Origin: Octopus bimaculoides
Lineage: Eukaryota
Direction of reading: 5' to 3'
Length of the DNA stretch: 64,000 nucleotides
Assembly (NCBI RefSeq): GCF_001194135.2
Contig: NC_068987.1
Coordinates: forward strand, 24,517,587-24,581,586
Both the position numbers and the translations under genes were made by a program. Below, in pieces: positions 49,050 to 61,330 of the stretch. Numbering within the stretch: position 1 is the stretch's first letter; each line of letters opens with the position of its first letter. Under the pieces are notes generated by a model that worked only from the letters and a program-made list of their open reading frames with translations, did not search any database and had not been told where the DNA came from.

Positions 49050-49620
49050 TAAAAGGGTAAAAGGGGTTACGTGGTTCCAAATATGTGGTATATCCAGGTT
49101 GTCGGCTGTCAGGAGCTTCAAATTTGCCAGCAGGGCAAATCTCTGGTGACAGAAGATAAATCATATTTCTTGTTGATGGATACTGTGGGTTGTTGGAGGA
49201 TATGCAGTTTTTCGTGGAGGCAGAGCTGGCAGTTGGGGACATGGGGTGAATATGGTGACACTCTGTCAACAATAGTTCACTTGATGCTGGTTGTTTCGTC
49301 TCGGAGGTCATGGAGTCTCCAGAGAAAATGAGACAAGGAAGTAGAGTTCTCTCTGTCCCTAGATCTGAGTTAGTGCATATGCTGGAAGTATCATCCCTTG
49401 AAGTCAATAGCTGTCATACCTGTATAGTGCCTAGTAATGCTATCGGATGGTGTAAGGGTGGCTCTGTATACTATGATCCTTGAAAGGCAGGATCCTTCTA
49501 GAGGGCACATGGTGGGGTTTTGGGAGTTGCAGGTTGGGGTCGGGGCTGGTGCAGGTGCATTTTTATGTCTGTTGATGCATGTGATGTTAGATGCGATATT
49601 GTCATTAAAAAAAAAATACT
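49050..49620 (-). mobile_element. Penelope-like element, GIY-YIG endonuclease C-terminal fragment (decayed)
   Basis: Minus-strand TCN...MCPLEGSCLSRIIVYRATL...HYTGMT..FK...H...TSLSHFLWRL...I..TIVDRVSPYS....CQLCLHEKLHIL....INKK. Confidence 0.85.
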
Positions 49621-49659
49621 GATGTCTTGCATTAAACAGTTTTGTATAAAACCATTATC

Positions 49660-50072
49660 GGCATAACTACAAATTCTTGCTCACCTCCCCCGACTTTGGA
49701 TGATCATAACTTTCAGAAAAATGGATATTTCTTAATGAAATTTTCTACGAATATGTGTTATATCATGTAGATTCCGAATATACAAAACTTTTTGGGGAAA
49801 ATGTTTTAGGAGGAGGTGAGGTGGAGAATTTGGGAAAATTCACCGGCGTCCACTTCAATTCGTTTTAACTTCCAAGAAAGTTGATATTTTTTAACGAAAT
49901 TTTCTATAAATATACCTCGGACTATGTAGATTCCGAGAACATAGAAATTTAGGGGGAATACAATTGGGAGTTACTTTTGAGGACCGTTCCCCACACGGGG
50001 GTGTTTCGGAATAAGTCCATATTTGTTCATTTTTCCTTTGAGCGTTTGTGCATCCGTAGATTTCTAGCCCCC

Positions 50073-50127
<55 letters not shown>

Positions 50128-50703
50128 ATATATGTAATTAAAAAAGTTCAAAAGGGGAATTATTCTATTCAATGTCTTTCTGTTAGAAACGTTTAGACCT
50201 TTAGCTGGTATTTTTAGCATAACGATAACGAGTTTTCCGGTGACGAGTTTTCTGGTGACAGTTTAATTGCCTGCTGCTACAGTAGAAATCTACGGATGCA
50301 CAAACGCACAAAACGGAGAAAATGAAACAAATATGAACGACTTGTTCCGAAACACCCCCGAGTAGGGAACGGTCCTCAAAAGTAATTCCCAATTGTTTTC
50401 CTCCCAAATTCCCATGTTCTCGTAATCTACATAGTCCAAGGCATATTTGTAGAAAATTTCATTAAAAAATATCTATTTTCTTGAAAGTTAAGACGAATTG
50501 AAGTGGACACCGGTGAATTTTCCGAAATTTCCCACCCTACCCCCTCATAAAACATTTTTCCCTAAAAGTTTTGTATATTCGAAATCTACATGATATAACA
50601 CATATAGAAAATTTCATTAAAAAATATCTATTTTTCTGAAAGTTATGATCATCCAAAGTCGGTGGGTCGGTGGGGGGGGGGAGCAGGAATCTATAATTAT
50701 GCC
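49660..50703. mobile_element. Foldback MITE of the GGCATAACT family with about 410-bp inverted arms
   Basis: Arms 49660-50066 and 50283-50703 are reverse complements around a (CT)n(AC)n core; no clear TSD. Confidence 0.85.
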
Positions 50704-52162
50704 GTACTTTGAATCGGTATCTAAAGAGGTTTATCTGTTAAATTTCCCCATAGACATTTCATACAATATCCATCGATAACTTTGACCTTTGTTTTATGGG
50801 TTGAGGAGAGAGAAATTATTTGTTTGTTTTCAAATACCACATATCATCACATGATTGTTTGACGAAACTTGATACATAAACAAAAACAAATTACCAAGTT
50901 AGCTCATTCGTCACGTACGTATGATTTGTGAAGGAATTTTACATTATTTTTGGTAAGTTAGCCTACCTTTTAAAATGTAAATTTTTAGAGAAGTGGATTA
51001 TATAGACATCACACTACAGTCTGTTATGGTTACTGTTCTCGCCCGAGTGATATTTCTCTTTATCGATGTAATTTTATCACGATAATTAGACGAACCTTAT
51101 GTCAGCCTTCATAAAAAAAACCCATGAAGTTTTTTTTAACCATGACTATACCGTCGGAAAAACTTCCTTTTGGTCCCCCCCCCATNNNNNNNNNNNNNNN
51201 NNNNNNNNNNNNNNNNNNNGGGGGGGGGGGAGGTCTTGCCTTATTCACTTTGTCCAACAAATCTTACGATCAATGCTTGATTTGCGTGTTTATCGGACTA
51301 TTTGTGTAACGTAATTGCTGTTAAGACTAAAATTCAGAATTTAATATATTGGTAATATATTGGTGGGTGTGTGTGGCAGTTATTTCCCCTCGTAGAAATT
51401 ATCCGATACACTTAGTACAAAGAGTAAAAAATTCTATTTCCCGTGTGGAAGTAAAAGGATGGACTATAAGAAAACTAAATTTTGAAAACGATCTCTTTTC
51501 GCGCAATTGGGATGTCTAGTTATTTCCAGCATAGAAATCTGAAGACTGTTGGATAAAATCAAAATATATAAACATAGGTAAAACCTTGAACACTCCTTTT
51601 GTCGTGAAATATTCATGAAAACAATGTAAAATTTTTTTCATTCCCTTTATTCTTATTTCTAATTTTAATTACGCCGCTTTTCCTATGTAACCTATTATTT
51701 AATATCGTCGTTCCTTTCTTTTTTAAGGCGTTAAGATTTATACTTAACATTTCAAACCACTGCATTAATTTTCCCTCGATGGCTTGTGATCTGTGTTGAT
51801 CTGCCTTGTTCAAACTTATAAGAAAGCAAGATTAAGGGCAGTTATTTCTAGTAGATCTGTTGACCATGTACAATTTCTACATATCTTTCGTTGGATCGTG
51901 TTTAGTTAGTGTATGTTTTTTTTAGTTTATTTCAGCCATCTCGTTCAGACTTGCCGTGGGAGCACTTGCATTTATTTTTTCTTTTGATTATATTTTGATT
52001 TTACCCCTACACATACGTATAGATTGTTGGAGCGGATTAAGTAAAGTATGTTATTTTTACAGGAAATGATCACGAATTGAGAGCGGAAAGTTGTCGTAAG
52101 CATTTGGAACTGAAATTCTGAATCAAGACCTTTTTGACGACCTATCGCATTTTTACCCCTCC

Positions 52163-52202
<40 letters not shown>

Positions 52203-52875
52203 AAAAAAAANNNNNNNNNNNNNNNNNNNNNNNNNNNNNNNNNNNNNNNNNNNNNNNNNNNNNNNNNNNNNNNNNNNNNNNNNNNNNNNNNNNNNNNNNN
52301 NNNNNNNNNNNNNNNNNNNNNNNNNNNNNNNNNNNNNNNNNNNNNNNNNNNNNNNNNNNNNNNNNNNNNNNNNNNNNNNNNNNNNNNNNNNNNNNNNNNN
52401 NNNNNNNNNNNNNNNNNNNNNNNNNNNNNNNNNNNNNNNNNNNNNNNNNNNNNNNNNNNNNNNNNNNNNNNNNNNNNNNNNNNNNNNNNNNNNNNNNNNN
52501 NNNNNNNNNNNNNNNNNNNNNNNNNNNNNNNNNNNNNNNNNNNNNNNNNNNNNNNNNNNNNNNNNNNNNNNNNNNNNNNNNNNNNNNNNNNNNNNNNNNN
52601 NNNNNNNNNNNNNNNNNNNNNNNNNNNNNNNNNNNNNNNNNNNNNNNNNNNNNNNNNNNNNNNNNNNNNNNNNNNNNNNNNNNNNNNNNNNNNNNNNNNN
52701 NNNNNNNNNNNNNNNNGATGAAAGTTCTCTGGTAATTTTCTTTCATGTAAATAAATGTTTATGTTAATTTGAAAATTTTCCCGTAAAATCTTGTAAAATG
52801 ACAATGTTCTAAAAGGAAAAAAAAGTTGTGATTTGGCCTGATGGTCTGATTCTAATACATTTTAATTTTTTAAAC

Positions 52876-55189
52876 CAGGGGTTCTTAACCTTTTTTACTG
52901 CCACGCCTCCCCTAGAAATTTGTCCTCCGCTCCACGTCCCCCTCTCAGATTTTAAATAAAATCTAAAATATGTTTTTAGTCTTTTTATTGAATAAGAATT
53001 AGTCACATTATACAAAATATGTATAATTTTATATATAATCACATTATACAAAAAGTGACACTGTTTTTTAGCTACAAGATCTTGAATGCATAGTTGAATG
53101 CCAGAGAGTGCACAACGAAAGTCCCTTTCAACATTCAGCCTGTTTCTATACTTGGTTGTGACAGCAATGAGTGTCGAAAATGCAGCTTCACAAAGATATG
53201 TGGATGCAAACATAGTAAAAATCTGAAGAGCCTGATGTGAGATCAGAGGATAAACAGTATGTTTCCAGATCCAGTTCTTTGAAGTCTTCCTTAGCTGGGT
53301 GGTTGAACTTCAGCTCAAGAAACTCCTCTTGCACTTCATTTCATCCAAAACATCAGTCACTTCACACTGAAATGGGTTCCTAATAAATTTCCAAGTTTCA
53401 TGCTTTTCATCTATATCTGGGAAATATCTGATGAATTCTATTTCCAAGTCAGATGAGTGATTATTTGTTTCTTTAACTCAGAATCAAGGTTACCATGAAT
53501 GAGAGCAGAATTCAAGTAACTAAAACTGGCTGCATTTCCCTGCTGAATTCAACATTTCTAGAGGTTGAGTTTGGCCACGAAGGTTTGAATGGTGTCGTGG
53601 TGCGTGAGAATGTTGATGTTTTTCCCTTGTAGTTTAAGGTCAAGAGCATTCAATGCTTCGAAGATGTCCACCAGGTAAGCTAGAGATAGCTGCAAGCCTT
53701 CAGACTGGAATTTGTCATGGAGATCTGCCTTCTGTTGTAAATCTAGAAATATCACTACTTCTCATAACTCATAAAGCCACCCAAGCATGTTGCCCTTTCA
53801 TAGCCATTGTGCGGTTGTGTGAGAAAGCAATGCTTCATGTTTAGATTCCATATTTACACAACAGTTTGAAAAGATGACTGTTTAATGCTTCACCTTTAAC
53901 AAAGTTGATCACCTTGATAGCCATGTTCAGGACATTTCTCACTTTAGTAGGTAAGGTTCTGGATGCTAAGACTTCATGATGAGGTATGCAGTGTGTACCT
54001 ACAATAGATGGATTTTTTTCTCTCATCCTAGTAATGAATCTAGATTGCAGACCAAGCATGGCCAGAGTTCCATCAGTGCACACCCCTACCAGCGAATCCC
54101 ATGAAAGTTGGTTTTCCTGACAGAAGTTTGATACATCACAAAAAATAGCTGCTGCTGTTGTACAACTATCCATAGGGTGACAGAACAACATTTCCTCTTT
54201 TACACAGTTGCCTGACACAAAACAAACATACCAGTAGCTGAGAACATGAAGAAATGTCAGTCATTTCATCACACTGGATGGCAAAAACAGGAGAGTTTCG
54301 TACTTGGTTGAGAATTTAATCTTTGGTATCTTGAGACATGTCATCGATCCTTCCCTTGACAGTATCATTTGATGGTGAAATCTGGGAAAGCTTGTTTGCA
54401 CTATCTTTCCCCAGAATGAGTTCTGCTCCACGGAGTAGACTTGGTTTTATGAGAGACTCTCCGATGTTATGGCTCTTTTTGCTCTTTGCAATACCAGTGG
54501 TTCTTAACCTGAGTCTTGTAACAAAAAAAAAATTACGAAATAAAAGCAAATGTTAAGGCTACTATTCAGAATTAGTGGGGTGTTTTGAGGGATATAAAGG
54601 GAGGTCAATAAGTACAGAAAATGAACTGGTTGTCACTCCGTCGATCAACGGAACAGCCTGCTCGTGAAATTAACGTGTAAGTGGCTGAGCACTCCACAGA
54701 CACATGTACCCTTAACGTAGTTCTCGGGGATATTCAGCGTGACACAGTGTGACAAGGCTGACCCTTTGAAATGCAGGTACAACAGAAACAGAAAGAAAGA
54801 GTGAGAGAAAGTTGTGGTGAAAGAGTACAGCAGGGTTCGCCACCATCATCTGCTGGAGCCTCATGGAGCTTTAGGTGTTTTCGCTCAATAAACACTCACA
54901 ACGCCCGGTCCGGGAATTGAAACCACGATCCTACGACTGCAAGTCCGCTGCCCTAACCACTGGGCCATTGCGCCTCCACACAGAAAATGGTAAGCAGCAC
55001 TAAGATAGAATAAGAAAATTAAAGGTAAAAGGCAATATGTGTGCCTCTTTTCATAAACTTCTCATTATTTGACCATGCTCTCATTAAGAGAATAACAAAT
55101 ATAATTAGAGAAATTCCTGTTTTTTCTAAAGGGCTCACACCCCACTTGGAAATTACTGACACCCCCACCTCTCAGGTTAAGAATCACTG
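52876..55189 (-). mobile_element. hAT (Buster/Charlie-like) transposon with decayed transposase and a third, internal TIR
   Basis: CAGGGGTTCTTAACCT ... AGGTTAAGAATCACTG termini; perfect 8-bp TSD TTTTAAAC; GVCTDG, THCIPHHE, LAYLVDIFEALN and STYLCEAAFS motifs; extra CAGTGGTTCTTAACCTGAG at 54495. Confidence 0.93.
54624..54979 (-). mobile_element. Intact tRNA-derived SINE nested in the hAT element
   Basis: Head ggaggcgcaatggcccagtggttagggcagcggac...ggtttcaattccc with A/B boxes; 10-bp TSD ACAGAAAATG at 54614-54623 and 54980-54989. Confidence 0.9.
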
Positions 55190-56440
55190 TTTTAAACTGT
55201 AAATATATGTATAATGTATTTTTTAAAGTAATTACCAGTAATATATTTGATTGAATCAACTTGTATTCCCACCACAGTTATTCAATCTCCATGTATAAAA
55301 ACATTTAAGTTTGTTGTATAGTCCCCTAGTAAGATAACTGATCAGCGCGAGTACGTTCACCAAATGAGGAGGTGTGATATTTTGCTTTGCTTCTACCTAA
55401 ATAAGAACTTTATTACGCATTTTGTTATGCAAGATGCTGTAATTTATGTGTGGTGGTATGGGTATGTTGAGATAAAAAGTATTGCTTTCTTAAAATAATG
55501 TTTTAGCGTCGCATTTTGAAATTCATTGAAAGTTAATATACATGACATGTTTTTATATGTTTCTAAGTACAGCACAGTGGGATCAAACTCATAAAACATG
55601 GTTGCAAAGAAAGCTTCTTAATCACACAGTATTTAACTTCAGGTTTGAATAGGCTGCAAACAATACCATTGTATTCTTGAGTGATTATTCGCAAGATTTG
55701 GCGGGGGTAAAGAATACGCACATCACCTGTTTTCAATGGAAAATGGGTGGTGTGCGTATTCTTTACCTTCGTCCAAGGTTTCATTCAACAAGTACTATCA
55801 TTGAATATGAAACGTTCATTCAAGTACAAACCAACGTTTTGTAATCAGTGTTTTGGAAAGCAAACATAAAGTGTATCATTGGTACCCATAGGTTGATTTC
55901 AATACATTTCACTCTTAGTAGCTATCGCTCTATTTCTCATATTTATTATCTAGAGGGTCTGCCATCCTCTCATCCCAATCACTTTATATCATCACACTCT
56001 GCTCCTCTCTCCTACCTCATTCTGGTTCTACTGTTGTTGCCATTCTCTGAATGCTAAAGGGTTAAAGCTGTATTATATGTATTTGTCCATAATTTTTTCT
56101 ACCTCGCTTGCATATTGTTCACCTCTATGTTCTTAGTCTTTTCTTTATAATATCTATCACTTCAGTGATATGAACTATCACTGGTGCAACCAAAGTAGTA
56201 ACATGGAATTTAGATTTTAGACTTTAAACATGCTGAAACTATGCACATTCTGGTCTCTATGGCTGACAAGACATGCTTCATACTCAGTATCCTTTTCAGT
56301 TAATCTTTTCCATGTTCCACTTCAGTTTTCATTTTATACGTACATCAAGATTTTGTTTAAGCATAGCGATACTAATAATCTGGTGTTAGAACTCAATATC
56401 GATGTCCTTCAGAATAAAGCGTTAGGTGAGTACAGAGCAT

Positions 56441-56630
56441 AATATGAAATTAAATAAATGACAAGGGAACAGAAATTACATAATCATCTTCATTGGGTTA
56501 CAGCTGTTTCTGCTACAAGATGCAGTGCACTCAGAGCTAAGTGCTTGTGCATTACCTTATAGCAGAAATTGCTGCAAGCTAATGAAGATGATTATATAAT
56601 TTCTTTTCCCTGTCATTTCTTTAATTTTAT
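56441..56630. repeat. Imperfect palindrome of about 190 bp (probable MITE)
   Basis: aaatgacaagggaacagaaattacataatcatcttcatt pairs with aatgaagatgattatataatttcttttccctgtcattt; followed by (TA)n. Confidence 0.65.
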
Positions 56631-57334
56631 ATATATATATATATATGCACAAGTTCTGTTTACCAGTTTTACTCACAAGTCATTGGTCAGTGAAAACAAA
56701 CAACGAAACACATAGTTGTTAAAATGAAGTTCTTAACCATCTCTGCATATAAAATTGTATACATTTTGTGGATGCATGAAAAGGTCACAGAGATATAAAC
56801 TGAAAAGATGTGGTGGGTCTCTGTGCACAAAACTAAATAATGTTAGTCTGGTTTGCAATAAGTCTGCTTGTATCAGCTAGTGAATGGATGCTGATTAGCA
56901 TGGCGACTTTGAAGGTTGATGGAAAAATACTTAGGGACACACTCTGTATTTGAACTAAGTAGTACAGTTGCTGCTAACGTAATGTAGTGAAGCATATAAT
57001 TGTAATCTCTTGGCTCTCTACATTAAGTACAAACCTTACCATGTATTAGAAATAATTGACAACCAAGTGAAGGACATTGTCCTAATGAAATCAATTATTC
57101 TCACATGACAATTACTAAACAGCTAGTGAGTCACTCATTGGGAACAAACTTGTGAGCTGTGAACTAATTAACAGATCTCTAATTAAAACATTCTATCCTT
57201 TCTGTCATGCTTATGTAGAAGTAAGGGAGGGAAAATGTTTATATATTTTCTTTTATCATTTACTTGTTTCAGTCATTAGACTGTGAGCATGCTGGGGCAC
57301 TACCTTGAAAAGTTTCAGTCAAAGGAATTGACCA

Positions 57335-58190
57335 CATCATCATCATCATCGTCGTCGTTTAACGTCTACTTTCCATGCAGGCATNNNNNNNNNNACATCA
57401 TCATCATCATCGTCGTCGTTTAACGTCTACTTTCCATGCAGGCATGGGTTAGATGGTTTGACAGAGGGCTGGCAAGTCAGAAGGCTGCACCAGGCTCCAA
57501 TCCGATCTGGCAATGTTTCTACAGCTAGATGCCGTTCCTAATGTCAACCACTCTGAGACTGTAGTGGGTGCTGTTTACGTACCACTAGCATGAGGGCCAG
57601 TCAGGCAGTACTGGCATCGGCCACACTTGAATGGTGCTTTTTATGTGCCACTGGCACGGGAGCCAGTCAGGTGGCACTGGCAACGACCATGCTTGAATGG
57701 TGTTTTTTACGTGCCACTGGCATGAGACCAGTCAGCTAGCACTGGCATCGACACACTTGAATGGTGCTTTTTATGTGCCACAGGCACAGGTGTCAAGCGG
57801 TACTGTCATTGGCCACAACAACAACTTCACTTACCTCAACAGGTCTTCGCAAGCGCAGTTTATTACCCAATGGTTGAAAGGTACTCTTAAACGGGCTGGT
57901 TATGTTGCACTGGCATAGGCCACAGTTATGGTCTCACTTAGCTTGTCGGGTCTTCTCAAGCACAGCACATCTCCAAAGGTCTCGATCACTTGTCATCCCC
58001 TCGGTGACGCCCAACATTTGAAGGTTGTGCTTCAACACCTCATCCCAGGTCTTCCTGGGTCTACCTCTTCCACAGGTACCCTCTACTGCTAGGGTGTGAC
58101 ACTTTTTCACACAGATGTCCTTATCCATACACAACAAATGACCATACCAACACACTTGTCTCTCTTGTGCACTACATCTGATGCTTCTGT
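57335..58190 (-). mobile_element. 5'-truncated RTE LINE 3' end
   Basis: WYGHLL...GRGRPRKTWDEV, 3' UTR repeats and (GAT)n tail. Confidence 0.9.
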
Positions 58191-58331
58191 CCAGACAACT
58201 TTGGAATCTCCTGCAAGTCTCCTGGATGGTCTTCTTTTTTAAGTTGGCGAATGCTGCCATAATCTTTGCCTTCAGTTCATCTTTGGTGTTACAAGGAGTT
58301 TTGTTAGCCTCTTGCTTAACTGCATCCCACA
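58190..58331 (-). mobile_element. Tc1/mariner transposase C-terminal fragment
   Basis: YVWDAVKQEANKTPCNTKDELKAKIMAAFANL...CRRFQSCL. Confidence 0.75.
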
Positions 58332-58518
58332 CATATATTAGCGCTTGCATCCACTCTAATAGATTCTGAAGAATCTACTAGAATAGATGCAAGCGCTAAT
58401 ATATGATTTATAAAAACATCTGACATATTAATAAAAATCTGTAAATGTACAACCATCCAGATCTCTGAGTATCTTATTATTTTTTCTAATATATAATTCC
58501 TGTACACAACCTCCAAAC

Positions 58519-58566
<48 letters not shown>

Positions 58567-58846
58567 TACATATACATATACAGACATGCTGGGCTTCCAC
58601 ACAGTTTCTGTCTACCAAATTCACTCACAAGGTATTGATTGGTTGGCCTGAGGCTATAGTAGCAGACATTTGCTCAAAACACCATGTAGTGGGACTGAAC
58701 CTGAAACCTTGTGGTTGCAAAGTGAACTTCTTAACTACATAGCCATGTCTGTTACAATATAAAATAAAAAAAAGAACAACAACAATTTAATACTTTCAAT
58801 TATCTTTTTGCAGAACCTGTTCTGAAAATACAAGAAAGAAAAGAAA

Positions 58847-59013
58847 ATGGTATATTTAAAGATTGCTTTTGGGTTAGCATCCATTTTACTACTATGTCAA
58901 AGTGTGCTGTCTCTGAAGAATGGCCTTGCTTTGACACCACCAATGGGTTGGCTCTCATGGGAGAGATTCCGATGTAATATTGACTGTGATAATGATCCCG
59001 ATAACTGTATCAG
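58847..59013 (+). CDS. NAGA: First coding exon of a GH27 alpha-N-acetylgalactosaminidase / alpha-galactosidase A-like lysosomal hydrolase
   Basis: [22 protein letters not shown] signal peptide followed by [33 protein letters not shown]. Acceptor at 58813; phase-2 donor AG|gtaatt at 59013. NAGA versus GLA cannot be resolved from one exon. Confidence 0.93.
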
Positions 59014-59401
59014 GTAATTATGTTTATTTTTATTATACCTTTTTACTATTGTTCACAAAATTTTAAAGTGTTTTATGATATATATTTAGTTGTGAGACTG
59101 GAAGATCAAGGAATTCATAGGAAGAAATGGTGAGGTGTAAACCTCAAGATGCCAATGCCTTATTCTATGTGTTTTTCTGTGTCTTGTGCACTTAGAAAAA
59201 GTGCCTATAACTCTCCAAATACTCTAAGATTTGTGGGAGGTATGGAGAAAGGAAGGAAGGTATCCTTAGACTGGAGATGTGTGTGAATGCTTGTACCAGA
59301 GAAGATTCAGTTAAAGGCACCTAAGGTACTTGATAATGATGCAAAACTGGATGACAGACTTAGCCTGTTACCTATTCACTGAGTTTGTGTATTAATATTT
59401 T

Positions 59402-59797
59402 GTAAGGCAGTGAATTGCAGAATTGTTAGTACACTGGGCAAGATGCTTAGCGGCATTTTGTCCATCTCTACATTCTGAGCTCAAATTCAGCCAAAGTTGA
59501 CTTTGTCTTTCATCTTTTTGGTTGACAAAATAAGTACCACTTGAGTACTGGGGTAGATGTAATCAATTTATCCCCTCCCCCAAACTTGCTGGCCTCGTGC
59601 CAAAATTTGAAATCAATCTTTTGTATGGCGGTAAGATAGCAGACTGGCAGAACCGTTAACATGTGAGGCAAAATGCTTTTCACTCTTTTGGGGTTGATAA
59701 AACAAGTACCAGTTGAGCACTAAGGTCAATGTAATCAACGTACTCCCCCCCCCCCCACTATCCAGACTTGCTGGCTTAGTGCCATAATTTGAAATCA
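59402..59797 (+). mobile_element. Two tandem Meta/MESC-like SINE copies
   Basis: Same body as the 40.6-41.1 kb copies. Confidence 0.65.
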
Positions 59798-60379
59798 TTA
59801 TTTTGTATAACTGTAGTGCTGGCTGTAATTACTTGGCAATTAAAATTTTTAGCTGCTATCATTTTGCTTAATTAGCTAATGTCATTGGAAAGTCATAAAC
59901 ATCATAACCTCCATTTTCCTAATCTAAAACAAATTAGCAGGACTGATTACTCATTGATTGATACTACTGGTCATGAGCAGTCAAGTAATTGATCAAATAA
60001 TCACACTAGTGTAGTGGTTCCTAAACAATGCACAGTGCAACATAGCACATCTGTTGTGTTGCAAGATGTAGGTACCCATGCATTGCAAAAACAATAAAAT
60101 TATTTCTGAAAATGTGAAGATACTCAGTGAAATTTTAAATAGAATTAAGTAGTAAGCACTTACTGTTCTGTATTTTAAGTTATTTTTATTGATACACCTA
60201 ATATATAGATTTTATCATCATCATTGTTTAAATGTCCACATTTTTCATGCTAGTATGTATCAGGTGAGATTTATTGAGGCAAGTTTTTCTACAGCCTGAA
60301 GCTGAATCTTGTTGCCAAGTAAGGTACGATTAGGTTAGAAAGAAAGTCCTGTCACGTTTCAAGATGGGAAAGAAACAGA

Positions 60380-61330
60380 TGCTTCTTTGGTCTTAACTGA
60401 AATATTCAATCAAGATAATGTTTCGCTTCATTATTGATAACATAATCCCATCAGTTTGGCAAATTGTCGATCCCATGGGCATAAAATTCTTTAGGTATTG
60501 AAGCAAAGAAAGGTACAATACCATTTTTAACCTCTTCACAATTAATAAGCTGTTTTCCCTCTAAATAATGTTGCAATGATCTGAAANNNNNNNNNNNNNN
60601 NAATCAAGATAATGTTTCCCTTCATTATTGATAACATAATCCCATCAGTTTGGCAAATTGTCGATCCCATGGGCATAAAATTCTTTAGGTATTGAAGCAA
60701 AGAAAGGTACAATACCATTTTTAACCTCTTCACAATTAATAAGCTGTTTTCCCTCTAAATAATGTTGCAATGATCTGAAAAAAATGAATGTCAGATGGAG
60801 CAAAGCCAGGAGAGTTAGGAGGATGAGGTTAAAATTTCATATTCAGTGCCAAAATCTTTTCTTGAGTGACGTAGGCTATATATGGTCTTGCATTATTGTA
60901 TAAGAACAGCACCCCTTTACAAATGGACCAGTGATGGATGTTAACTGTTTCACTTTGGTTTAACACTTCATGATAGATGACACCTTTCATATTCCATTAA
61001 ACACAGAGCATAACTTTTTTTGTGGTGTAGTCCTGGTTTGGGGATGGATTCTCCTTTTTAATTGAATGCGAACCATTGTTGTTTTTGTTGGATATGATTA
61101 TAGAGAACCTACTTTTCATCACTTGTGATGATAGTACTCAGGAAAGGTTTGGTTGCAAGTCTACTCTTGAATGCCACACAAAGGGCACATCTTCATTAAG
61201 CTAAAAAGCAGTCAGATAATAAGGAACTTACTGACCAAGTTCAGATGTTTTTCCTAGTTCATGAATGTGTTTTATGATCAAAGTGTAACTAGAATTGAAC
61301 TGATTTGTTAATTGTGCAGTTTGCTTTGGA
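60380..61330 (-). mobile_element. Decayed mariner transposase
   Basis: IITSDEK motif at about 61100-61135 and C-terminal KEFYAHGIDNLPN*WDYVINNE. Confidence 0.75.

Noticed and set aside
54900-54979. tRNA gene on the minus strand
   Set aside because: The tRNA-like head continues into a ~280-bp body and is flanked by a 10-bp TSD, so it is a SINE.
60407-60781. 180-bp tandem duplication
   Set aside because: The identical copies flank a short N gap, typical of unmerged contig overlap. The same applies at 57335-57445 and 39670-39745.
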